Shown here: positions 19,411-31,400 of the stretch, piece by piece
Layout of the letters: every line of letters starts with the position of its first letter
Numbering within the stretch: the stretch's first letter is position 1
DNA from: a virus
Taxonomy: Duplodnaviria > Caudoviricetes
Virus record (IMG/VR): IMGVR_UViG_3300020036_009452
Span: 25,428 to 89,427 of that record
DNA: 64,000 bases
Direction: 5' to 3' (one strand)
The notes under the pieces: generated by a model
The model's input: the letters and a program-made list of their open reading frames with translations, nothing else
Told to the model about the DNA's origin: nothing
Database searches by the model: none
Position numbers and translations under genes: made by a program

Positions 19411-22400
19411 TTTATTTGAATTAATCCACTAGCAGCTAGCCGTTGATAAAAGTTTAGATTTTCTGGAGTTAAAAGCGTTGCTAACTCGGCTTCAACGTCA
19501 GATTTTACACGTAGTATATCGTCAAAAGAAATAGGTGTGAGAAGGTCAGCTCTGTTCTTGCGCTCTAATAGGTTAGATGCAAAGTTATGAACTATATCGT
19601 TTTTAGCAACTACTTCTGTTATAGTCGTTAGTTTCCTTAGCGTATCATTCATAGCTGACAATTGTTTATTCAATAAACTACGTTCAGCATAAGAGGCTTC
19701 TGGAATCTGGGACGAGACCGTGGCAATCTGCTGAGTTAACAACACAATATGCTGGGTTAAATAATCTCGTAACTTACTTCCATTCACCAGCACTGGTTCA
19801 CCATTGCTATAACCGTAAACATCTCCTGGGTTCACAACAAGAGCATCGTCTTGTTTATGTGCCGGATTGATTTCCTTCAACATAGGATTTAAATCCAAAG
19901 TTTGTGGATCTCTGTTTGTTTCTTTACGTATTACAAATAAAGAGTCAAGATCATAGTCAGAACCATGATAGTAAACTATCAATGATGGAGCTATTATAAC
20001 ATTACCCGCAGCTCCTTCTGGTGAAGGATAGAAGCCTACAACTTTCATTGGTAGGAGTGAGTGATAGTTTGTAGTTGGAATACGGAACCCAACTAATCCT
20101 TTTGAGATGCCCACCTTATCACCAACAGTCATGTAGTCTTTGTATTCTTCGGGTAGTAAAACTTCGCAGTAACCTTCTTCGTCTCTCCATTTTAAGTTCC
20201 TAAATTCGGTTGTCCCATCAGGATTTGTAACTTCTTGTTTTCCTAGGTCAGCTTGTAAAACTAACTTGGAACCTTTGAATCTAAATCCTGTAGTAGCCGA
20301 AGTTATCATCGAGCTTAAACTAGAAACAACACGATCAGCTATCAGAGGTAGATTAAATGAAACTCTGTCTTGCCCATTACGAGCTTTGAGTAGTTCATAA
20401 ACATCTCGACCTCCTGGTAAGCCCTCCAAGTTGTCTTGGAGTTTATTTCTAATCATAGTCTCAGAGTTCTGCGTAAGTCCACCCTTTGGAGTCAACCGCA
20501 TATCCCTAGCTACCTGCCTAACACCATTGTCTATAATTAACGCACTAGCTTGGTGTAGATCAAATATCTCATTACTGTTTTGTCCATTTGTATTTTGCAT
20601 GGCTGTACCTTGCGATGGATTACTCACAGATGTTTCAATATCACTAGCCGGGTTTAATTGGAAGCGGAGATTGTTATTGTTTATGCTTACAAGAGCCGCA
20701 TCCGATATAGTAGTGGTATCAATTTCACCCGACTCCAAAAGCTTAGCGGCTTTAGAAGGCCCACCTATTTTCACGCCAGAAGCAAATACCATTTGATCGG
20801 CTTTTGCGTCCCGCATGGCTTGTCTATAAGAAGCAAGGTGAGGAAATTTCTCTACTAGTTCGTCTGTTAGAACCTTCACTGAATACTTTAGGGCTCTAGG
20901 AACTCCATTTTCTATGGAGTAATAAACTGGCTTTAACACTACGTCGGTTAACGAGTCAACACCGTAGGCTGCGGCAAGTCTTTCGTAGAACTCTGGTAGC
21001 ATATAACCTTCGGCATCTGAGGCATCATAGGAAGCATCAATAGATGCAGCAATGGCGTCCTCTAGATCATCAGGTATAATTCTTTGTAAATCATCCACAA
21101 CCAGCACATTAGATTCACCTGGTATTCCATGGGTAGGATCTACGAGTACTGTATCCCCAGTAGCTGTTGCTATTTGGATACGTTTGGTTTGATCCTCTTT
21201 GCTTTTGTAGAAAGTTTCATCCCCGTAAACTATTTGAGACAAAGAATACTGATTGATTATGAAGTTGTAATAGAAGCTTTTTAGAACCCCTTCTATAATT
21301 TCATTACGCTGTGTGTGGTAAGCACCAATTTGATCTACCGTCATGTTCTTTGACCAAACAGGGAAAGCTCTTAAGCCCAGAACCCTAGCCGTTTTAGCTA
21401 AGCTATTGTCTGGAATTTTAACTCGTGCTTTTCTTTCTGCTGAGCTTAGAAAGGCTGGTAACAGTTCTTGAACCTTAGTTTGGACATGTTCTTGAATCAT
21501 CTTTAGTGCCGCAGCTTCCGTTAAGCTATCCACTGAACCTTCTAAACCAGGGAAGCGCCATTGTTTATGATTCTTAGCGTAAGTTGGATTGTCATCAACT
21601 AACTTAGGATCAGGACGATTCTTCTGGGCCCTTATAATGTTCTTTAAAGCGGCAGTAACTTGTTCTCCTTTTAATAGATCAACTTCTACATTAGTAATAG
21701 TAGTCCTATTAGACGGGATGGGAAGAGACTGATAGTACTTAGAACGGCTAACTGCAAGTCTTGAGATAAAATTACCAACAATATGTCGTTTTCTAAAGTC
21801 AGTTAGATTTTCTTTTCTAAGGTACTTAGCAAAGCGTTCGTTGCCTTTTTGCTTCCAAGAATCATGGTCATTAAAGGAATGGATTTTATTACCACCTTTG
21901 AAGAATATGTTATCCTGTAGGAATGGATCTTTAGTAGTAAGCTTGTCATTAGCTACTGAGAAAGAACTAAACTTCTTAAAGGGTTTACGTACAAGTGCAT
22001 TTACCATTGCCCCAAGCAGGTCTGTCTGATAAGAAGCGTCTATCCAACCGAAAGCTTTCTTGCCGTCTCCTCGTGTATAGGAGTGTGTATCTCCTAATGT
22101 ATAGTGAGAGTTTATCAGTTCTGTAAGATCATCTACAAAGCTTCCTTCATCAGCTAGGAGCGCTTCTCCACCTTTACTCAAATTGTATTCTTCTAAGGTC
22201 TGGTATTCTCCCTGATCGGATGCAAAAGTCATTTGTAGTTTTGGTAGTACCAGAGTTAGACGTTCGTAAGCTCTCTCAATACTAAGCGGAGAAGCATCAG
22301 TAATACGTTTCTTTAATCCGATGATCTTTAGGAATTCAACAAGTACAGCCCTTTGTTTTTCAATGGTATCTGCTTTTGTAGCATATAGATCATTTAAGAA

Positions 22401-25400
22401 CTTGGTTGGTACTAACTCAGTAATTCCATCAGCGTTCAAGTTAGCTACGTGCTTATTAAAAGCAAAGCGCACGTTAGCTTCGTGAGTGCGTTTACCGCCA
22501 CCCGTTTGAATAAGGTAGTTATAAACTTTATATATACCCAAATCCCAACGTTCAGTAAAAGCAATGGGCCTGTTCTTCCTAAGAGAAGAAACACTAGCAA
22601 TAACACTTTTAAGGAAATCAAGATCTTCAAACAGATAGTAACCGTCACTTAACGCTTGGTAACTAACCTTAGCTTTGGTAGCAAGTCCAAACACAAAGTC
22701 GTGCGTAGAACCTTGTTGATGCTCTACAGCATATCTATCAGGAAACTGTTCAACATTCCTAAGAGTCACTTGTTCTGTGGATGATCCGTCTTTTGAGTAT
22801 ATAGCATATAATCCTTTGAAGGTTGCATCTTTATGGAATGTTACAGACTGAACTCTCTTTGGTGTATTTAAACCTATTTCAATTTGATTCAGTAAGTCTA
22901 AAACGAACTTGCCTGTAGCTTGTTTAATGTTTGGTCTAGCCTTAAACCCTTGGAACTCTTTGAAGTTAGCTTTCAAAGCTTGTATTGCTTCGGCAAGAGA
23001 ACTTCTAGGTATGGATGAGAAACGTTCTAGAAGCAATGAGTAGCTTCTATTTAGATCTGCGAAATCTAGTTCACCGTTCTTCCAGTACTTTATTCCAATT
23101 AATCGCTGCTTTACAACACCTGTTAGTTTTAAACTAGGATCGATTAACATAGAGTCAAAAGTCTCAGACCGCAAACCCTCAAGCTCGCTATCTAGAGCTT
23201 CGATCTCTTCATCATTCTCTGGATCATTAGCAAGTCGTAAGTCATCTAAGCGTTCTTCCTTTTGTTGAATTTCTCGGAACTTATTCTCAGATAGTACTTT
23301 TAATACAGCACCTCTTGTTTGAGTTTGCCCAAAGTAGTATTCTACAATGTTCTTCCATAGAGCCCCATCTTTCAGAACCTTATCAATAGTGGCAACTAGT
23401 GCTCTATCTTCCAAGGTAACAGAGTCTTCACTACCCTTAAACCTACTAGTGTTATCGCGGAAATCTTTCATTCGATCCACGACAGCCTCTAGTATTTCTG
23501 AGAAACTTAGAATTCTTCCTGAACGGCGGGATTCTTGAATATCAGAGAAAGCAGTAAGTACAAAAGTTTTTAAGGCTTTGTATTCAGTGAAGTTGTCAAA
23601 CTTACTTCTTATATTAATGGCTGCTCTTTCAACAGATGTTGGATCTTGCTTCTGATAATAGAAAGCTTTGTTCTCAACTAGATTGAAGAATTGCTCAATA
23701 GACTTTATATTATTATAAGTGAATCCGAGCAAACGTTTCAGCTTATTCCAAATGATGTCAAATATAGTTGGCTTTTTCGTTTGTACGAAACCTTCAAAGC
23801 TTTCAGCCAAGCGTTCTTCTAAACCTTCATTAGAAAGATTACCATAAGTTTCTTTAGCTAAGTTCAATACTTGTATCTGCTCTGCAGGAGTTAAATATTC
23901 CCAAAAGATTTTATGGAATAATTCATGGCGTACAACTCTAGAAGAAACTTTGCCGCTTGCCAAACGAGCAAACGCCATTACTCCATCTTTATACAAACCC
24001 CACACTCTCTGACCTTGCGCATTAACAAGTTGACCATACTTCACTATTTGTGTTAGTTCATTAGGACGACCTTTTAATAATTGCTTAAAGAAGCCTAGAG
24101 GTGTTTGGCCTGTAAAGTTTTGTACATAATCAGTAATATCTGTATCTTCTAATTCTCTACCCAACTCTTCGCCTAAGAATCTTTTAGATCTTTCAAGGTG
24201 AATTTGTTTTAGCAAAGTCATGGCTCCTTGTAAAGGATCACTTTCATTTTCAGCAATAACTCTCTGTTGGAAAGCCTCATTACTAAGTAACGCATTTTCA
24301 AAGTCCTCTGCGGGAGCATCAGCTAGGCTTACTAAAGTCTCTAAGTATCCTGAGAACTCAGATGGGATAGCTAACCGTTCTGCGTCGGCCACGGTAATAG
24401 TAGTCTTTGGGGCTTCTTGTTGACGCGCTAAAGCTCTTAACTCTGTAGTTATTGGAATAAGTTGGTCAAAGATTTCATACAGATCTTCAAGTTCTGTGTA
24501 AGTGATTTGCTGTTTTAATCCAGCCTCAGTTGCTAATGTATTATAATACTTAACAATGTCTCTTAAGGTTTGTCTTGTATATGATTCATCAACTACAAAA
24601 TCACTAACTAGTTCATAAAGTCTTTCATCAAAATCTTCTTTACCAAGAGCTTTTCCTGAGTAGTAATCGGTGCGAGCAAAGTCAGCTATCGTAAATATAT
24701 CAGCTTCTGAGGAAGCATTTAATATCCTACTGATTATGGTGGCTCTAATAAAATCCCGAGACGCCACATTACCTGCGGATCTTCCTATGTCCTTTACATC
24801 CAGTGATGTAGCTACATCTTCTCGTATACGTTCTAAAGAAGAAGTTCTCTGCCCCACAACTTTCTTTAGGGCTCTAAACAAACTTACATTCCTAGTTACA
24901 TATAGTTTGCTAGCTGCAAGATTGGCTTTGTACTTCTCAACCGCCTCTTCAAAAGTGTCAGCGGCCATTACTCTTGTAAACTCTGATATAGCGTCAGAAA
25001 TAGTTTCATCAAGTTCTTCAAGCTCTTCAAGCTCTTCAAGAGTTTTTCCTTGCTCAATAGCCCTTTTTAATTTAGATAAGCTAGAAACTTTTCTAGGTTC
25101 AACCTCTTCAACCGTTTCTGTTGTTATATTAGGAGGCGATCCTACTATAAGTGCAGTGGGAGCAGCGCCAATAAAATTGGAGCCTAGTAATTCTAATGGA
25201 AGGGAAGACAGCGCTGTTTCTCTACTCACATCAAAACTCCTAGGAAGTGGTGTGCGTAACCCGAAACCTTCTGAAATATTACTGTAGTTTCCTTGTTTGT
25301 CTTTACCACGAACAAATAGATCTTCTAGATCTTCTAGAGTTATGGGGGACAAGTGTTTATCTCCCGGCGTCTCCAGTAAATCATTTACGAAATTAAAGCG

Positions 25401-28400
25401 CGAGGTGCCAACACGTGCTCTCTTTATCAGCGAGCCTCTATATACCATCAAACGATTGATGAGTTGCTCTTTAATAAGTGGATTAAAAGCTAATCCTTTT
25501 TTACGTGTGAATTTGATGGGGCCTAATAGGCTAATACCTTTGGAATCCACCATTTCAAATGAGCCATCCTCATAAGCTTTATAATCCCGAAGGATTAAGT
25601 TCTTACCATTAGGCGTAGTCACTATTAAGTTTTGACTACCTATCTCATCCATTAACAGTTGGGCCTCACCCCGATAAGCCCGGCGCTCTCCTTTAGCTAC
25701 ATTTCCATGCACTAAGAAGTCTAATTCAGAAGCCAGTTCTAATAACTTAGTTGGAATCTTTTTCCCATCTACATTTGGAAACAGGGCTTGTAAATGCTTT
25801 GCGTCAGTTAAAGTCAGCATCGCTGCTTCTCCAGCTACTAAAGCTTTATGAGTATTGGATAAGTGTGTTATAAATTCATGAAACGGGTAGTACTTTTCGC
25901 CCGCAACCTCTACGGCTAAACCAGCCCTTAAATCCTTGTATCCACCAGGAAGTTTGGAAGCGGCTAGAGCTTTTTCAAAACTGGCAAGCGTCTTGATAAA
26001 CTTATCTATGGGCTCCATATTTGTGGTCTTAGTATTTAAGACATTTGGAGTAAGATTTATGAACTGTGTTTTTACTACTCGTCCAGTGGTTGTTCTTAAT
26101 CCATGGATCAACATATATGGAGGACCAATCTTAGGCACCTCTCTTGTTGAACGCGCATCTGGGAACCAACGTTCCAAGTCTTTCTGCCCTTTAAATACGC
26201 CTACAGAAACATACTTTTCTGGATTTGCAAGGATGTCTTCATAGTTCTCTAACTTCTCATCAGCATTCGGTCCCCATAGATCATTTAAATACTTTCTTAG
26301 TATTGGCAGAACAGCTTGTGCTCCATCCTTAGAAGAAAAGGTCTCGGTAGTTTCGTTACCATACCTATATAGGATTGGGCGACTACCAGGTTGTACCCAA
26401 ACTTTAGGCCCCCTAACAGATCCTTTAAAAACATTATCCGTAGCGGTGGGTTTCACCTGCATGGTCTGCAAGCTACTTGAAGGTATTCGTACCTGCGCAA
26501 GAAAAGTAGCTTCTTCTTTGTCACCTATAACAGCAACACGCTCAAAGTAGTTTGGTTCGACCTCGCGCATCAAGACAACACGCCGAGCTGGCGATCCGTC
26601 TTTCTTTGGACTTTCGTCTACAGCCACGATGAGTTCATCTCCAGCTTTCATAGGCGCCATACCATCCACTTCTGGAATATGCGTAAATGCGCTATTAGTT
26701 GGGTGCATCATTAGGTGCGCTGATGGTGCGACTGGTTCATCTACCTCTATTGGAGGCAAGACGTCTTCCCAACCAACCTCTACAACACCCTCTTCATTGT
26801 TCTCTAGTTTGGGTGTTATAATTGGTGGTTCAGCTTGATCGGTAAGTTTTTCTAGGGTAGCAATCTTGTTGTCTAAACTAGCTAGTACTTCGGTCTGTGT
26901 AACCTTGCTTTTTGGCTGAGGGACTATCTGTGGATCAACGATATGCTCTACCTGCTGTACGCCACTAATCTGGGCATAAAGTTTAGCTCTTGATAGTGCT
27001 GTGTACACCCATTGATTATAAACTTCAATGTTACTAAAGTTAGCGTGATCTGATGGAGAAATATCAACATATACTTCATCGCGTACAATACCAGCCGCAT
27101 CGGGAACTACAAGTACAAGGGCTCCTGGGAGTGCACTTTCATAAGTAGCTTTCTTCTGCTCGGAACCTACAAGGATAACTCGGGTTCTTCCGGGATTACT
27201 GCTTTGTGATAGACGAAACTTCTCAATGATAGTATTATTCTTTTCCGCAAAGGTGCCTAGAATATTTTCTAATGATCCTTGTGGAGAAGAGGAGGACGCT
27301 GTGAAGTGTTCAGTGATTACTTCTTTACTCTTATAAAGATTCTGTAGATCTATGAGTTCTGAAATATCAGCCCTATAGGTAGATGATAGAGAAGTAATCT
27401 GCGTAAGCTTCTCTACAAACGCAAGGGAGGTTGGATTTTTTACTGCCCTTGTTCCTGATTCGTACTCAGCCTTTACATTAGCATCTCCACTATAATAATC
27501 CGTTTCTGTTTGTTGCATTGCTGCAAAGAACTCCAGATCTAGAGCTGGACGACCAACATTACCAGGAGTAACTTGGTTTGGATCATATAGTAATACGTAC
27601 TTCGTTTTTACCTTAGCGGTCTTATTATAATTGGCTACAGCTCTTGAGAAATTACTAATCGCCTCAATAGATAAGCCACCAGCTTCGTCAACTATCAGCA
27701 GCTGCGCTTCGCCTATATCCCCAGCATTTAACATTGCAGTTAAAGCTTCAACTGTATTAGCACGTGTCTCGTCACCAAGACTTTCTGCAATGTTCTGCGC
27801 GGCTAATGTATAAGGAGCCGCCGAATGTATATCTGTATTTTTTAAATCCAGAACTGCCTTTAGTATTTTAGATACAACCAAAGACTTACCAGCTCCTGCA
27901 GGTGAACGCAGGGCAGCTCCATCTGTATATAGATTGCTATCTGTTTTATTGTTAGAAACGAAAGCAGCTAATTCATATGCAACTCTAATTTGAGCCGAAG
28001 TCGGTGTAGGAAGTGTTGGATTAGCTTTAATGAAATTACGCAGCCTGGTTAGGAAAGTAACAGAACTAAATCCATTACCAGTAGAGGCTTGGATTAACTT
28101 CAAGGTAGCTAACTGGGCTTGTAATTCTAGTAATGATTTTAATTGTTCCGAAGAAGTCCCCGCGCTATAATTAGCAAGATTAGCAATAAAAGTAACAACG
28201 TCATAGTTCTTATTAAATTCTACAAGGGGGCTAATGTTTTGCCCGGCCTCAGCGTTTAGCCGTTCCTTCGCTTCTAATATACGAAAGACTTCTAGGAAAC
28301 CCCTAGATGGGGAAGCTAATATTTTCTCTAGAGATTCATCCGTTAGTCTAGGGCCAAGTCCTTGAGAGAAAAGAAGGTCAATGCCCTTAATAGCATTACG

Positions 28401-31400
28401 CGCTTTTTCTGTATAAGTTTCTATAAGCTGTTTTAATAGGACTGGTTCCTGGCGTAGGAGATCTTGAATACCCATTGCGGCAAGCTCAGGATCTGTTGTA
28501 GACAGTTCTGCAAGCGCTTGTTTGCTATCTTCACCAAGCACATCCTGAAAAGGTAGTATGTTCTGGGCATAAAACATATTCTCCTTAGTATTCTTCAAAT
28601 CTTGGTTACGCAAGTTTGCTTCGACAAGTTGTTTTACCTGACGCAACTGCTGGATAAGATTAGCAGTTTCGCGTTTTATCTGCGTCCCCATATCACCTAG
28701 ATCTGTTAGATCAATTTTATCCAACTTCTCTAAATAACTTAGCTGTTTATTCACAGCCTCTATTGCTGTGTAGTCCTCTGCAATGGTAGTGCCATTAAAA
28801 GCACTTACCTCTAAAATCCTTTTAGCTGCAAAGGTTAATTCTTTAGCTGCAAGTTTTCTGCTATCTTCTTCACTATCTAGCGGTTCAAAGCCAGCTGCCT
28901 TTTCGATTTGCGCAAGGGTTTTCTTGGTGTCGGCAATAAGCGGCTCAGCAGCAGCCTGTTCACTTCTTAGCTGGTCAAAAGCATCAAGAAGATCAAGGAG
29001 TCCATCGCCAATTTCGTCTGGGTCCATCTCGCTTAAAACTTCGTATGGAATCCCTTCTGGTAGTTGTGCTTCTAAAGCCGCTTCTTTTTCTTTCAAAGAA
29101 GACTCTATATTTATTACGTGTTCCTTTAGAGTCTGAACTTCATCAGGATATAGGAATAAATCTTTTGCTTCTACTTCTTTAACTATGTCAGATACAGAAC
29201 TTATAATATCTTTTAAATCACCAGGACGATTTTTATTCAACCTTACAACAGCATTAATTGCATCAGCATAGAAATGACTATTTGCAGTCTTTAGCTTTTG
29301 TTCCAGGTTCAGAGCTGTGGCCCTTTTATTAATATGCTTTGACACAGTACGAACATCGGCTCCCTCATCAAGAACAAGTGTCTTAGCTGCATCTCTTTTA
29401 GTTTTCAGGCTATCAAAATTGTTTGCCCGGATAGCAGCTTGAAAAGCTTTGAATCCTTTACCTGGAGTAATAAGCTTTGTATAGAGTTCGCCTAGATCTT
29501 CTAGCGCAGCATCAATGTCCCTTTTTTGAGAAGTTAATTTTGCTACTTCCTTTTCCACTAAATGATCCTTGGTCATGTACCTAGATAGAATATCCAGATC
29601 ATCGGTTTTAAATGCGTCTTGTATCTCTCTAACACGATCGGCACTTACTAGTGAAGCACTTAGATTTAGTTGTTTTTGTAAGTCCTCAGAAAGACGCTGT
29701 AGGCCCAGGATACGCCCACCCACAGAAGAAGCATATGTTTTAAGCCGCTTCAACTCCTCAGGATCATTTGTAACTCCTAGGATTGAATTTGTTGTCTGTA
29801 GATAGTTGGCCTCTAGTTGTGTTATATGTTGCTTCCATATATCAAGCTGAGAGGTGAGTTCCTTAGGATCTGTAAAGCCAAGTTCTTGGGCCTGTTCAGG
29901 AGTAGCTTGTTTGAGGGTGTCTAGTTTTTGAAGCAACAATTCAGTAGTTCCAGATCGGAAAGCAGTCTGCGCTAAATTGTTTAACTTCTCTAGTTGTAAT
30001 AACTGTAGACGATATTTATTAGCGTTCTCTTTACTAGCCTCTAGATCAAACAGATTATCTAATTCACCATGATACTTAACGTCAGCTGCAAAGGCTGCGG
30101 CTTTTACTTCGTCTTTCAATGGTAGACCGTCTTCCCCAAGTTCTAATTTCTCTGGCACTGTGTAAGCACCAGTCTCATCTGGTTGGAACTGATTGACTAG
30201 ATTGTTGTATTGTACCTCATCTATGGACTGTACCTTACCATCCTGTTCGTGATTGTACTGAGCTGTACCATCTTCGGCAACATCTTTTGTGAGTTTACCT
30301 GAAACAGCTGGTGTCTTTTTCAAGAGATCATTTGAGAAGAAATCTGTGTAGGACTTGTTCATAGACTCAAGGGCCAGATCCCGCTGTTCACGGAAACTCT
30401 TAGCCTGAGCAAAAGGACCACTCTTTACAAGATCGGCACCTAGAGTCTGCACACCACCTATTAAACTACCTAACCCTGCGGCCTTAACGCGCTCAGGATC
30501 AGAAAAGTCTAAAGCCACAGCGTCCTTAGCATAGGCTAATGCTGCGTCTGTAAAGGAAGCGTGCTCATTGAATGCCTCATTTGTTTTCTGTATGGAGTAT
30601 TGCAAGTTCTCTTCCAAGCCTTCTCCAAACATTTGAGACACGGTAGTCTTAGCAAATTGTCCAAAGGAATTACCTTCGTCAAAGAGCAAACGCTCAACAG
30701 CGCTTAGCCCCTCTTTCTTACCTACAACTTTTCCAGTTCCTTTTTGAAGTTCAAGTCCTAATTCATTTATTCGGGTAGAGGCTACCTTAGGACCTACTAT
30801 CGGACGTACTAGTTTAGTAAAGAAGTTATTTGTAACACCAGCTGTAGCGACGTTCAGCCAAAAGACATTAGATAAGGATTGGCTAGCTTTATCTTCAATT
30901 TGAGCATCTGTTAATTCTACTTCGCCACGGCTCCGTGCGGCCTCTAGTTGACTCCGCACTTGGTCCCTAGAATCTATAGCTTCAAGAGCTGACTCATTTA
31001 CTGTTAGGAATGTGTTCAGTGTTAGTTCATCTAGATTACCCGCAATCTTTGCCAGGTTTTGAGAGTTAGCATTTAATAACACATCCTTGAAGGTGCGCCC
31101 CTTAGCTAGTTGATTTATAACCCTAGTACCTACTTGGGCTTTTCCTAATAGACCAGCTAGTCCGAATCCTTGGGTTAGAAAAGATAAGGTCTCCACATTA
31201 GCTGTAGCTAATTGGCCGGGGCTAGTTAATTGTGTTAGGAAGTCTTGTGAACTAAAGTCGGCTTCTTGGAAGTGCGGAAAATACTCATCCCCCCAGGCAC
31301 TGACTGATTCGGCAAGATTCAATAAAGGATTGTTTTTAAATCCATCAGAAAACTTACCTCCGCTTACGGCCGAAGCTATTCCTTCACCTGTTGCCCACAA

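Noticed and set aside
19395-19425. Programmed -1 frameshift fusing the 4087-aa and 1151-aa genes
   Set aside because: The frames are compatible, but there is no canonical X XXY YYZ slippery site or downstream structure; simple translational coupling explains the overlap.
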